From Patescibacteria group bacterium (GTDB taxonomy: Bacteria; Patescibacteriota; Minisyncoccia; Phycocordibacterales; PALSA-1337): a DNA stretch of 64,000 bases. Below the pieces are notes generated by a model. The model made no database searches, was not told the origin of the DNA, and was given only the letters and a program-made list of their open reading frames with translations. Positions 8,928-18,384 of the stretch are shown here, piece after piece. The stretch is from NCBI GenBank assembly GCA_038061795.1, contig JBBTYL010000002.1, positions 105,511 to 169,510 of the forward strand. The letters run 5' to 3'. The position numbers were made by a program, and so were the translations under genes. Numbering within the stretch: the stretch's first letter is position 1; each line of letters begins with the position of its first letter.

Positions 8928-9941
8928 CTAGCGTATATAGGTCTGTTTTTCAATGCGGTCGAGCAACGCGCTGATCGTCGACTCCGACGTCGCTACGACG
9001 ACGGTATTTTCGTCGATAAAAGAATAAAGGAAGAGCATCTCTCCTTCCTGGCTGATGAACTCCCTTACATCCCTGTTCTTGATTATCTTATCCTCAAATG
9101 TGCCGCGTATGTTGAAGAACGTCGCAATCGAAGTGGTGCTAAGAGGGTCGCCTATCAGCGTGCGCTGCCTGTAGCCTAGGAGATCCGCCAGATCTTCAGG
9201 CATGAATTCTTCCCACTTGAGCATTCCAGCGAAGGCGTTTTGGAAGAAATCGGTCTTGAAAATCATAAAGGGATAATTCTGACCAGCTGAATCATAAACT
9301 CCGAGCATCCATTGGTCGGTCAGCGATCTTTTGAGGATATCAGGCATGTCGAATTTGATTGCCGAGACGAATTGCGACCCAGTAACCCTGACAGTTGTCG
9401 AGGCGACGGTTTTTGTTGGTATTAGCTCCAATATTTTTTCTGAGCCGATTTCGTATCTCATGAATTCGGTTGACAATAAAGTGACCAGCTGCTCCTCATT
9501 CGAGGAATTAATCGCGACGATTTTCTGGGTGTCAGGTTCGACAATGCTTGGGATTTTTATAGCTTTTTGGGCGGGTTTGTCCGGCACAAGCGGGCTCTTG
9601 AGGTATAGATAATAAGCTCCAGCAACCCCAGCCACGATAAAGACTAGGCTTATGACGATAAGCAGGATTTTTTTTCCTGCTTGCGACGGGGGTTTATTTG
9701 AGATGCTTTCGGAACCAGTCTCCCTTTTGTTTTCAGCGACCACCATGCTCATGACAGAAGATTTCTTTCGTGCCAAGGCTTCGGCGACATCGCTTTCGTA
9801 TGTGCGAATCGGCTTTTGAGCATGCTGCCTGTCTCCTGGTTCAACTTGGTTATCGAGAGCGTGGAGGGGCTGTTTCGAAACGCCCATAGAGTTTTGTGGG
9901 AGTATGGCCGCTATTTCTTCTTTGAGCTTGTCCGGGTTCAT
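8928..9941 (-). CDS. Single-pass membrane protein of unknown function
   Basis: Long ORF between pnp and the dksA-like gene on the same strand (9 nt and 11 nt gaps). One transmembrane segment (ILLIVISLVFIVAGVAGAYYLYL). N-terminal IRTYESDVAEAL motif. No family recognised. Confidence 0.6.
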   Translation of the reverse strand: MNPDKLKEEIAAILPQNSMGVSKQPLHALDNQVEPGDRQHAQKPIRTYESDVAEALARKKSSVMSMVVAENKRETGSESISNKPPSQAGKKILLIVISLVFIVAGVAGAYYLYLKSPLVPDKPAQKAIKIPSIVEPDTQKIVAINSSNEEQLVTLLSTEFMRYEIGSEKILELIPTKTVASTTVRVTGSQFVSAIKFDMPDILKRSLTDQWMLGVYDSAGQNYPFMIFKTDFFQNAFAGMLKWEEFMPEDLADLLGYRQRTLIGDPLSTTSIATFFNIRGTFEDKIIKNRDVREFISQEGEMLFLYSFIDENTVVVATSESTISALLDRIEKQTYIR

Positions 9942-9949
9942 CCACCAAA

Positions 9950-12055
9950 TTATAACATGGAGAGGTTGATTCGTTTCTTCTCGTCGATCTGCCTGATGAC
10001 AACATTAATTTTCGTGCCTTCCTTGAAGCGGTCTGACATTTTTTCGGTTTTTGATGGAGCGATTTCAGAAACATGCACGAGGCCCTCAGTATTCCCTGCA
10101 ATTCGTACGAATACGCCGAAATCCATGACTTTTGTAACTTCTCCTTCGAATTTCTCACCGACCTTGTATTCACGGGTCATGTTGTAGATGATTTCCTTTG
10201 CTTTTTTTGCGGTTCCGTTTTTTCCAGTTATGAAAATTATACCGTCGTCCTCAATTGTTATGTCATCGACGCCAGCCTTCTCTTTTATTTCTTTAATCGT
10301 CTTTCCCCCAGAGCCAATGACAAGGCCGATCTGATCCTGCTTTACTCGCATAGTTATGATTTCAGGCGCATTCGGAGAGATATGTTCTCTCGGAGTCTTG
10401 ATTTCCTTTTCGATGAGATCGAGTATGGTCATGCGGGCTGCACGCGCTTTTTCAAAAGCTTCTTTTATGATTTCAAGAGGGATTCCATCAATTTTAACAT
10501 CCATCTGGATTGCCGTGATTCCTTGCCGTGTTCCAGCTACTTTGAAATCCATATCGCCGTGATGATCTTCTGGGCCCTGGATATCCGTAAGAACTTTATA
10601 TTCGTATTTTTTCTTTCCAAGGAGCCTGCCGAGCACTCCAGGTTTCGCTTCACGCATCATAAGTCCTGAAGCGATACCAGCTACTGGTGCCTTGATCGGA
10701 ACCCCCGCATCCATAAGTGCAAGCGTTGATCCGCAGACGGAACCCATTGAAGTTGATCCGTTTGATGAAAATGCTTCAGATACGATTCTGATCGTGTATG
10801 GGAATGAAAGTCGAGATGGAATAATTGGAAGGAGTGCTTTTTCTGCGAGTGCCCCGTGCCCGATCATCCTGCGATTCGTTCCGCCAATGCGTCCCGTCTC
10901 GCCAGTTGAAAATGGTGGAAAGTTGTAGTGGTGCATGAATCTTTTTTCTTCGTGTACCTCCATGCCGTCCATGACTTGAGCATCTCCTGGCCCTCCGAGT
11001 GTCAGAGCAGAAAGAATATGGGTTGCCCCACGATAAAATATTCCAGATCCATGTAGAATCGGAGAAACTCCCCCTGCTTTCACATAGAGGGGACGTATCT
11101 CATCCATCTTTCTTCCATCCGCTCGCTTGTCGTTCTCGATCGCCTCCGTATGGAGAAGCTCGTTTATCTTTTCATCCAAATATTCTTCTGCGAGCGCCTT
11201 GTTGCCTTCTGGGAATTTCTCATTGAAAAGTTTCATCCACACACCAACAACTTCAGCCATTTTTTCTTTTCCTGGGCCTGCAAATACGTATTCAGAAAGT
11301 TTCGGTGCGATTTCAGAAGCAAAAAGTTCTTCCGTCCCAGGAGTAAGCTGCGGCTTTTCGATGGTCTTTTTTGGCTTGCCGATTTCTTTTATGATTCCTT
11401 CTTGCCATGCCTGGATCTTCTCAATTTCCTCGCTTGCCTTTGCGAGAGCTTTATTCACCTCGTCTTCCGTAACTTCCTTTCCTTCGACTTCGATCATGTT
11501 GATGAGCCCGTCCTTCCCGCAGGCCACGAGGTCAAAAGAAATATTCGCCTCTTCGCGCTGAGCGTAGTTTGGATTTACATGAAAGCCTTCGTTCTTTGAG
11601 ATTCGAATAGCTGAAGCAGGTCCGTTCCATGGAATGTCTGAAGTTCCGAGCGCAAGTGATGCAGCGATAACTGAAATGACATCAGGATCATCTTCATCTA
11701 TTGAAAGCACTGTTAGAACCACCTGCACCTCATGACGGATGTGTTGATCAAAAAGAGGTCTAATTGTCCGGTCTACAATTCGTCCAGAGAGAATCGCTTC
11801 GTCAGTCGGCCGCCCCTCCCTGCGGATGAATCTGCTGCCAAGGATTTTTCCTGAAGCATAGAATCTTTCCTCATAGTCGACAGTGAGCGGAAAAAAATCT
11901 CCACCCTTTGGTTCTTTGCCGATGACTGCAGTGGCGAGTACCACTGTGTTGCCATATCGCATCATTACCGAACCGTTTGCCTGCTCTGCTAAGTCATTGA
12001 ATTCTGCTATGAGCGTCTTGCCGCCGACTTCAAGGGAAAATTGTTTGGAGTTCAT
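9950..12055 (-). CDS. pnp: Polyribonucleotide nucleotidyltransferase (PNPase)
   Basis: 701 aa. Two RNase PH-like cores (FPPFSTGE; MDFKVAGT), a KH motif (GSGGKTIKEIKE) and a C-terminal S1 domain (GEVTKVMDFGVFVRI). Confidence 0.95.
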   Translation of the reverse strand: MNSKQFSLEVGGKTLIAEFNDLAEQANGSVMMRYGNTVVLATAVIGKEPKGGDFFPLTVDYEERFYASGKILGSRFIRREGRPTDEAILSGRIVDRTIRPLFDQHIRHEVQVVLTVLSIDEDDPDVISVIAASLALGTSDIPWNGPASAIRISKNEGFHVNPNYAQREEANISFDLVACGKDGLINMIEVEGKEVTEDEVNKALAKASEEIEKIQAWQEGIIKEIGKPKKTIEKPQLTPGTEELFASEIAPKLSEYVFAGPGKEKMAEVVGVWMKLFNEKFPEGNKALAEEYLDEKINELLHTEAIENDKRADGRKMDEIRPLYVKAGGVSPILHGSGIFYRGATHILSALTLGGPGDAQVMDGMEVHEEKRFMHHYNFPPFSTGETGRIGGTNRRMIGHGALAEKALLPIIPSRLSFPYTIRIVSEAFSSNGSTSMGSVCGSTLALMDAGVPIKAPVAGIASGLMMREAKPGVLGRLLGKKKYEYKVLTDIQGPEDHHGDMDFKVAGTRQGITAIQMDVKIDGIPLEIIKEAFEKARAARMTILDLIEKEIKTPREHISPNAPEIITMRVKQDQIGLVIGSGGKTIKEIKEKAGVDDITIEDDGIIFITGKNGTAKKAKEIIYNMTREYKVGEKFEGEVTKVMDFGVFVRIAGNTEGLVHVSEIAPSKTEKMSDRFKEGTKINVVIRQIDEKKRINLSML

Positions 12056-12065
12056 GCTCCCTATT

Positions 12066-12710
12066 CTACTCCTGTCCCGACAAATCTGCTATATCGTCCG
12101 CTACTGTACCGAGAGTTGCGTCTTTCGGACCGCGTCGCTTGAACATTCCCCTTCCAGGGCGTCCATTTGGTCGATTGCTGTTTCCAGCTTTCGCTGCGAA
12201 TCGATTGCCTATGAGATATTTGCTGACATTTTCATCTAGATCATAGAAATCGTCTACGACTTCTCGGAGCTTTGTTGATGTTGATTTTCCAAATGATACA
12301 ACCTCTACTTGGCAGCCTTGATTGACCTGCAAGTATTCTACGAGAGGCGCGAAGTCGCCATCCCCTGTTACGAGAATGACTGCATCGAGCTTTGGTGCGA
12401 GCTTTACAGCATCGATAGCCATGCCGACATCCCAGTCTGCTTTCTTTGCTCCGCTGCCGAAGATCTGGAGATCCTTGGTTTTTGTTTCGATTCCCATCTT
12501 CGTGAGCGCCTCGAAAAAGGCTTTCTCATCGCCTGCTTCCGTCGTGATGACGTATGCGACCGCACGGATGATGGATCGCTCCCCCACCGCATCTTTCACT
12601 ATCTGGCCGAAATTGACCTTTGAGTGATAGAGATTCTTTGCACTATGATAAATGTTTTGCGTATCGATGAATACACCGACTCGCTGTTCCTTATGTTTGA
12701 TTACTGACAT
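12066..12710 (-). CDS. NYN/LabA-like (PIN-fold) putative ribonuclease
   Basis: RVGVFIDTQNIYHSAK ... AVILVTGDGDFAPLVEYLQ matches the NYN/LabA (DUF88) pattern. It has a basic, Gly/Arg-rich C-terminal tail. The gene sits between rpsO and pnp. Confidence 0.8.
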   Translation of the reverse strand: MSVIKHKEQRVGVFIDTQNIYHSAKNLYHSKVNFGQIVKDAVGERSIIRAVAYVITTEAGDEKAFFEALTKMGIETKTKDLQIFGSGAKKADWDVGMAIDAVKLAPKLDAVILVTGDGDFAPLVEYLQVNQGCQVEVVSFGKSTSTKLREVVDDFYDLDENVSKYLIGNRFAAKAGNSNRPNGRPGRGMFKRRGPKDATLGTVADDIADLSGQE

Positions 12711-12808
12711 ATAAAATTACTTAACTAAATTATTAAAAATGAAAACGAAACCAATTATTAAAAATAACTGACGACAGGAGAAATTATATCATGAAACGAA
12801 GATGGCTG

Positions 12809-13078
12809 TTACTTAGCCTTAATATCGAGCTTCTTTGCGATACTGTTGTAACGTTTCGTGCTCTTTTTCTTCAAATAATTCATGTGAGTCTGGCGATCGG
12901 CAACCATGGCGAGGAGGCCTCGTCGCGAATGGTTGTCTTTCTTATGCTTCTTCAAATGACTTGCCAATTCGTCGATCCTTTTCGTCAAAATTGAAATCTG
13001 AACCTCTGGAGAACCAGTGTCCTTGTCGTGGATTGCCACGTTTTTGATGATGTTTGACTTCTGTCGTGTCGTTAACAT
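12809..13078 (-). CDS. rpsO: 30S ribosomal protein S15
   Basis: 89 aa. GSPEVQISILTKRIDELASHLKKHKKDNHSRRGLL is canonical S15. Confidence 0.95.
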   Translation of the reverse strand: MLTTRQKSNIIKNVAIHDKDTGSPEVQISILTKRIDELASHLKKHKKDNHSRRGLLAMVADRQTHMNYLKKKSTKRYNSIAKKLDIKAK

Positions 13079-13153
13079 TGTGCATGTATACTAGCACGAA
13101 TGGGTTAAGTGCGCAAGTTTGGCCTAATACGTCGGCAGGGTTATACTTTACCC

Positions 13154-14089
13154 ATGTCGCACAATCTACAGAACCTCAAGACCGAATTTCTCCAATATAT
13201 CGAAATTGAGAGAGGCCGAAGTCTCAATACTGTTCGAAATTATGACCAGTATTTGAGCCGTTTCCTTGATTATACAAAGCTTAAGGATCCCAAAGGCATC
13301 ACAGATGGCGTCGTTCGAGACTTCAGAATATGGCTCAACAGGCAGGAGGCGAAGAAGGAAAAAGGCATGTCAGCTACTACGCTCAAGAAACGCACCCAAA
13401 ATTACTATCTGATCGCTCTGAGAGCTTTTCTAAAGTATTTGGCGAGGCAGGATATAGCTTCTTTGGCTCCTGATAGGATAGAACTCGCAAAAATTCCAGA
13501 AAGAACAATAGATCTTATAACTATTGAGGAATTGAGCCGTCTTCTGGCAGCTCCTGATACTTCGGAACTGCGAGGATTGCGGGATAAGGCCATGCTTGAA
13601 CTCTTTTTCTCTACAGGATTGCGCGTTTCAGAGCTTTGTTCCCTGCCCCGCGATATAAACCTTAAGCTTGATGAGCTTTCTGTTCGCGGAAAAGGTGAAA
13701 AAGTGAGGGTTGTTTTTATTTCTGATGACGCGCGTGACGCACTTGAGCGTTATTTGGACAAACGTGACGATATGGACGATGCGCTTTTTGTGCAAATTGC
13801 AGGCAAAAATGAAAAATTAATGAAAAATCGAGATTCGATGAGGCTCACTTCCCGTTCCGTTGAGAGAATCATCAAGCACTACGCAGTCAAGGCTGGAATT
13901 TCCAAAAAAGTGACCCCCCATGTCATTCGCCATTCTTTTGCGACTGATCTATTGAGAAACGGCGCTGATCTACGCTCTGTCCAGATGTTGCTTGGTCATG
14001 CGAATATCAATACTACCCAGATTTATACACACGTTACTGACAGTGAACTCAAGAAAATCCACAAGAAGTTCCACAGGAAGAGCGAATAG
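13154..14089 (+). CDS. xerC: Tyrosine recombinase, XerC/XerD-like
   Basis: SAM-like N-terminal domain. Catalytic-domain motifs HVIRHSFATDLL and LLGHANINTTQIYTHV (R..HxxR..Y). Start moved from the track's GTG at 13109 to the ATG at 13154, which lies 6 nt after TATACT (13142-13147). Confidence 0.85.
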   Translation: MSHNLQNLKTEFLQYIEIERGRSLNTVRNYDQYLSRFLDYTKLKDPKGITDGVVRDFRIWLNRQEAKKEKGMSATTLKKRTQNYYLIALRAFLKYLARQDIASLAPDRIELAKIPERTIDLITIEELSRLLAAPDTSELRGLRDKAMLELFFSTGLRVSELCSLPRDINLKLDELSVRGKGEKVRVVFISDDARDALERYLDKRDDMDDALFVQIAGKNEKLMKNRDSMRLTSRSVERIIKHYAVKAGISKKVTPHVIRHSFATDLLRNGADLRSVQMLLGHANINTTQIYTHVTDSELKKIHKKFHRKSE

Positions 14090-14103
14090 GTTATGATTAG
14101 TCC

Positions 14104-14898
14104 ATGAAAATAATCTCATGGAACGTCAATGGAATCCGAGCAGTAATCAAAAAAGGCGCTTTTCAATCATTTATCGAGGAACATAAGCCGGACATTCTCT
14201 GTTTACAGGAAACAAAGGCTCAACAAGGCCAGGCTGAGATTGATTTGCCAGAATATGGGGAATATTGGAACTCTGCAGTGAAAAAGGGATATTCAGGCAC
14301 AGCGATTTTTACTAAGGTTAAGCCGATTAGTGTCGAAAACGGCTTCCCTGCCGATATAATCGAAAAATATGGCTTAAAGGCTGATGATTATGGTGATCCA
14401 ACGACCGAAGGCCGCGTCATTGCAGCGGAATTCGAAGATTTCTATGTAGTCACTGTCTATACCCCGAACGCAAAGGATGATTTGAGCCGTATTCCCCTTC
14501 GGCATAAGCACTGGGACCCTGCTTTTCTTGCTTATTGCAAGAAACTAGAAAAAAAGAAGCCAGTCATCTTTTGTGGTGATTTAAATGTTGCGCATACCCC
14601 AGATGATCTCGCGCGACCAAAAGAAAATGTTGGACTCAAAGGATTTACTGACGAAGAACGAGAGGGTTTTCAAAAATTTATTGATGCAGGGTTCGTGGAT
14701 ACATTCAGAATTTCTACACAAGGAAATGGTCACTACACGTGGTGGTCTCACTTTGCAAATGCACGAGAGCGAAATGTCGGTTGGAGAATCGATTATTTTT
14801 TAGTGTCAGCAGCGCTTGTGACTAAAATCAAATCCGCCCTTATTTTGCATGATGTAATGGGATCTGATCATTGCCCCGTCGAGCTTGTCCTTAAGTAA
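14104..14898 (+). CDS. xth: Exodeoxyribonuclease III (AP endonuclease)
   Basis: SWNVNGIRA, LCLQETK, and the C-terminal GSDHCPV motif. 264 aa. TATGAT (14092-14097) lies 6 nt upstream of the ATG. Confidence 0.9.
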   Translation: MKIISWNVNGIRAVIKKGAFQSFIEEHKPDILCLQETKAQQGQAEIDLPEYGEYWNSAVKKGYSGTAIFTKVKPISVENGFPADIIEKYGLKADDYGDPTTEGRVIAAEFEDFYVVTVYTPNAKDDLSRIPLRHKHWDPAFLAYCKKLEKKKPVIFCGDLNVAHTPDDLARPKENVGLKGFTDEEREGFQKFIDAGFVDTFRISTQGNGHYTWWSHFANARERNVGWRIDYFLVSAALVTKIKSALILHDVMGSDHCPVELVLK

Positions 14899-14977
14899 TT
14901 TCCAAAGACTTTTTGGGCTGTCTTTTATAAAGGACAAAAAGAAAATGAAGTTATCCACATATTTCTTGCACATGTCC

Positions 14978-15006
14978 TTTACGTGTCTTTTATACATTGC
15001 TATACT
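14978..15006 (+). promoter_or_regulatory. Sigma70-type promoter with an extended -10 and no start codon behind it
   Basis: TTTACG (14978-83), a 17-nt spacer, then TATACT (15001-06), with TGc immediately upstream (TGCTATACT). This is the same -10 class found in front of many genes here. No ATG follows within 100 nt except a 4-codon ORF. Confidence 0.4.
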
Positions 15007-15410
15007 AATCCCAGATCCGCAGTGTTGTATAACCGAGGATCAACGCAGCACCAGCTCTTCAAAAAATTTAGGGGTAGTAAGCTCTTTTTTTGGAATTCAT
15101 TCCGAAGAGAAGCAACCCTTCTTTAGCTTAATTTGAGTCGGTATGGGAATTTTTTGAACACTTTTAGCCGGGCCAATGGCTTAGGCATTATCTATAGAAA
15201 ATCTCACAAACTCCATTATTGTTGAAGTTGCTGGTCAGTTTCGCTGGGTCTCGCTTGGAACTGTGGTTCCAACACATGGACTCCTTCGTGTCATAAGTGG
15301 ATTCCGCACAGCCGCAAATGTTTGTTCTGCACGTATTCTCGTAGTATCTAACCATGAGACGCCGCGCATAATTAAACTAATCTCTGCGGCTGTTTTTGTG
15401 CCTAGAAATT

Positions 15411-15434
15411 TAAAACGGCTATGTTGAGCCATTT
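15411..15434. terminator. Bidirectional intrinsic-terminator-like hairpin downstream of cca
   Basis: AAAACGGCT-atgttg-AGCCATTTT forms a 9-bp stem with one G-U pair on the minus strand. It is flanked by an A-run and a T-run, so either strand reads stem plus U-tract. It lies about 50 nt after the cca stop. Confidence 0.5.
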
Positions 15435-15481
15435 TAGATGTGTTTCACATGAAATCTATTCATTATTAAGGCAAATGTTAC

Positions 15482-16984
15482 TTATGAAACGTGGTATTTT
15501 CTCCTTATTTCCTCAACATTTTCATTATCAGCATCTTCTCGCTTTGATTTACCCTGTTTTCCAAGGAGCTCCAAATCTTTTTCAGGTAATATAATGAGCT
15601 TTTGAGCCTTGTTTTCAAGATATTCTGCAGTATTTAACTTAGGGTCTTCAAGTACCTCTTCAAGCAGAGCATGCAAAACAAAGCCAATCTTAGGTCCAGG
15701 CGTTACATGTGTAACCTCCATAATACGTTTTCCATCTATCTTGAGCATTCCAACAGATACAGGGTCTCGAAGGGCTTCCTCAACCATTGCTTTGTATTTG
15801 CGTAGACGATAGGGGTTTTCCTTCGGACGTCCAGTTCCTATACGATCGCATATTCTTATATTCATGAGATCCCAAATATTGTCTCGACCTACATTTGCAA
15901 TCATCCTACGTACAGCAGAAAGGGTAATCGTTTCTGTATCAGAGAAAAACATATGCCAACGGATCATTTTTACAACCCTTTCAACTGTTTTAACGGGAAA
16001 CCTCATTCTTTCAAGGATTTTCTTTGTTACACGTGAACCAACTACCTCATGCCCGTAGAAGGTAATCTGGTTTGTTTCATGTGAAATTCTCTTTGTTTCC
16101 GGCTTTGATATGTCGTGGAACAGGGCAGATAGGCGGATATCGATGGGCAACCCTTTGTCAGCAGCATGTTGCACGGTGCGCAAAAGATGTTCCCAGACGT
16201 CAAAAGCATGGGCTTGGTTCTGTCCAACTCCCCTAGCCCTAAGCAATTCTGGGACTATATATTGGAGAAGACCGAGCTTTTCAAGCAACTCAATGCCAGC
16301 TTTTGGGCTTGGAGACATGAGTATCCTTACAAATTCATCACGGATTCTTTCAATTGAGATCTTAGTAAGAAGCTTCCCATGGCTCAATATAGCCCTTTCT
16401 GTATCAATGTTAATCGTGAAACTTAATTCTGTGGCCAAACGAACCGCCCGAATCATTCTTAGTGCGTCCTCGGTGAAGCGATCATTAGGATCACCAACAG
16501 CTTTAACGGTTTTGTCCTTTATGTCCTTTAATCCACCAAATAAATCAACAATGTCTTTTATTGCTCCTTTAGACAAACTCACTGCAATCGCGTTAATCGT
16601 GAAATCCCGACGCTTAAGGTCGTCTTCGATAGTTTCACTGAACCTCACCTCATCTGGATGCCTATGGTCAGTATAAGAGCTTTCAAGACGGTATGGGGTG
16701 ACTTCCACAATCTTTAATCGCTCATCCTCAGCGGATTCGTTCACGACTCCAACCGTTCCGTAGGCGTTTTCATAGAAAGTCTTTTGGAATAGGGGAATGA
16801 TCTGTTCCGGCGTCGCGTTGGTCGTGATATCCCAGTCTTTCGGTGTTCGTCCAAGCAAGATGTCTCGAGTGCAACCGCCAACAAGAAAAGCCTTGAAACC
16901 TGCTTTTTCAATGGTCTCAACGATTTGCACTATTTCTTTAGGAATGGCCTGATTTTTCATACATTCATAGTAGCATCTATTCAT
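15482..16984 (-). CDS. cca: CCA-adding tRNA nucleotidyltransferase / poly(A) polymerase family protein with an HD domain
   Basis: GGCTRDILLGRTPKDWDITT (GG.vRD...D.D nucleotidyltransferase motif), the RRDFTINA motif, and HD-domain LFHDISKP. The alternative start MKNQ at 16960 is possible. Confidence 0.85.
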   Translation of the reverse strand: MNRCYYECMKNQAIPKEIVQIVETIEKAGFKAFLVGGCTRDILLGRTPKDWDITTNATPEQIIPLFQKTFYENAYGTVGVVNESAEDERLKIVEVTPYRLESSYTDHRHPDEVRFSETIEDDLKRRDFTINAIAVSLSKGAIKDIVDLFGGLKDIKDKTVKAVGDPNDRFTEDALRMIRAVRLATELSFTINIDTERAILSHGKLLTKISIERIRDEFVRILMSPSPKAGIELLEKLGLLQYIVPELLRARGVGQNQAHAFDVWEHLLRTVQHAADKGLPIDIRLSALFHDISKPETKRISHETNQITFYGHEVVGSRVTKKILERMRFPVKTVERVVKMIRWHMFFSDTETITLSAVRRMIANVGRDNIWDLMNIRICDRIGTGRPKENPYRLRKYKAMVEEALRDPVSVGMLKIDGKRIMEVTHVTPGPKIGFVLHALLEEVLEDPKLNTAEYLENKAQKLIILPEKDLELLGKQGKSKREDADNENVEEIRRKYHVS

Positions 16985-17025
16985 ATTTTTTTCATTACTG
17001 CATATATGATATAATGTTATACAAT

Positions 17026-17577
17026 ATGATATCTAACATTCAAAATGTAAAAAAAGCCCGAGAATTAAGGCTGGCAGGGAAGTCGCTTTCAGAAATTTCA
17101 AAGGAACTCGCAGTTGCAACCAGCACTCTCTCAATGTGGTTGAAAGATATTGTCTTAACCGAGCCTCAACAGCAGGCTCTAAAGGCAAGAGTTAAAAACA
17201 AGATGAACCGGGGAAGGCTGAACGCCATGATTTCTCGAAAATCAGCCCGGATTTTCAAAGAAAAGACTATTTATGAGCAAGCTGAAAAAGAACTGGAATC
17301 TCTTAGAAAAGACCCATTTTTTGTGCTTGGTTTGGCTTTGTATTGGATGAACGGCGCTCAAAAAGGCGCTTTTCAGTTTTCAAATTCTGATCCTGAAGCG
17401 ATTCTAATAATGTCGATATGGATAAAAAAATATCTGAATGCTGAAGATAGCCTCATAAAACAGCGAAATTACAATGGCCATCTCCGGGTTGATATTAGCA
17501 GGATCGATGTTTTGAGGAGAGTAATCGCTTGGCAAAAGCAATTAATCAAGTATTATGCTAGTATAGCTAATGTTTGA
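17026..17577 (+). CDS. Helix-turn-helix protein of unknown function
   Basis: ARELRLAGKSLSEISKELAVATSTLSMWLKDI is a clear HTH. TGATATAAT (17007-17015) overlaps the track's ATG at 17014, so the in-frame ATG at 17026 (MISNIQ) is the more likely start. The rest is unrecognised. Confidence 0.55.
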   Translation: MISNIQNVKKARELRLAGKSLSEISKELAVATSTLSMWLKDIVLTEPQQQALKARVKNKMNRGRLNAMISRKSARIFKEKTIYEQAEKELESLRKDPFFVLGLALYWMNGAQKGAFQFSNSDPEAILIMSIWIKKYLNAEDSLIKQRNYNGHLRVDISRIDVLRRVIAWQKQLIKYYASIANV

Positions 17578-17580
17578 AAT

Positions 17581-17655
17581 GCACCCGTAGTGAAATGGAT
17601 ATCATACCGGTCTTCGGAACCGTTGTTGGGGGTTCGAATCCCTCCGGGTGCACCA
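17581..17655 (+). tRNA. tRNA-Arg (anticodon TCG), CCA encoded
   Basis: Hand-folded cloverleaf. Acceptor GCACCCG/CGGGTGC, anticodon loop CT-TCG-GA, T-loop GGTTCGAATCC, discriminator A, then CCA. Confidence 0.85.
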
Positions 17656-17698
17656 AGTTGGGAATAGGGATGTTTTGTTATATACTATTTCCAACAAT

Positions 17699-17772
17699 GC
17701 GGGCATGGTTTAGTGGTAGAACACGTCCTTGCCAAGGACGAGACGGGAGTTCGATTCTCCCTGCCCGCACCA
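17699..17772 (+). tRNA. tRNA-Gly (anticodon GCC), CCA encoded
   Basis: Acceptor GCGGGCA/TGCCCGC, anticodon stem CGTCC/GGACG with loop TT-GCC-AA, T-arm GGGAGTTCGATTCTCCC, then A plus CCA. Confidence 0.9.
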
Positions 17773-17928
17773 CAAAGAAGGTTGAATTGTCCTATCGTAT
17801 AGTCCTTTTATTAAATGGCTTAAATGCTCATGTTTATCTCAAAACTGTGGATAAGTATGGGGACAATGTTTATAAGACAGTGAAAATGTGGCTTATATTC
17901 GTGTCCTTTGACCTTTTGCGTTGTTCAC

Positions 17929-18309
17929 ATGAAAAACACTTATTCTACAAGAGAAAAGGGAAACAGAGGCGAGGATATTGCATGCCAATACCTTGAAGGC
18001 CGAGGTTTTTTCATTCAGGAACGAAACCATCTCCGAAAATGGGGAGAAATAGATATTATTGCGATAAAGGACGATGTCTTACATTTTGTTGAAGTGAAAA
18101 GCATCATACACTCGGGCGTTTCAGGATATCGTCCTGAGGAAAATGTTCATGCGATCAAGCAGAAAAAACTGCGAAGGGTCATCCAAACCTATCTTAATGA
18201 AACAAGGTATGACAAGGATGCAGAATTCCAGTTCCATGTAATCAGCGTTATTCATAAAGGATCAATGGGGAAGCCAGAGGTGAAAATGCTTGAAAACGTT
18301 ATTTTGTAG
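17929..18309 (+). CDS. yraN: YraN-family (UPF0102) endonuclease-like protein
   Basis: GNRGEDIACQYLEGRGFFIQERN...GEIDIIA...LHFVEVK matches the YraN/restriction-endonuclease-like fold pattern. Start moved from the track's TTG at 17908 to the ATG at 17929. Confidence 0.8.
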   Translation: MKNTYSTREKGNRGEDIACQYLEGRGFFIQERNHLRKWGEIDIIAIKDDVLHFVEVKSIIHSGVSGYRPEENVHAIKQKKLRRVIQTYLNETRYDKDAEFQFHVISVIHKGSMGKPEVKMLENVIL

Positions 18310-18384
18310 GATTCTATAGAATTCGATAGAATTTTTGGCGACGCTGTGCTAGTATGGTTAGGTTCAATTGAAAATCAAGGTCAT

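Noticed and set aside
15235-15432. 65-aa minus-strand ORF in the xth-cca gap
   Set aside because: Its ATG sits inside the cca terminator stem. The product is Arg/Thr-rich with no motif. The region looks more like structured RNA.
14899-15481. Calling either long non-coding locus (this one or 53199-53615) RNase P RNA, tmRNA or SRP RNA
   Set aside because: There is no GAGGAAAGUCC / ACAGAA..CGGCUUA pair able to form P4. There is no tRNA-like GGTTCGA T-arm with a CCA end. There is no GNAR-capped helix-8 with the correct pairing. Only partial string resemblances exist, so they are left as unassigned candidates.
17574-17996. 140-aa ORF
   Set aside because: It reads straight through tRNA-Arg (17581-17655) and tRNA-Gly (17699-17772). 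It is an artefact.
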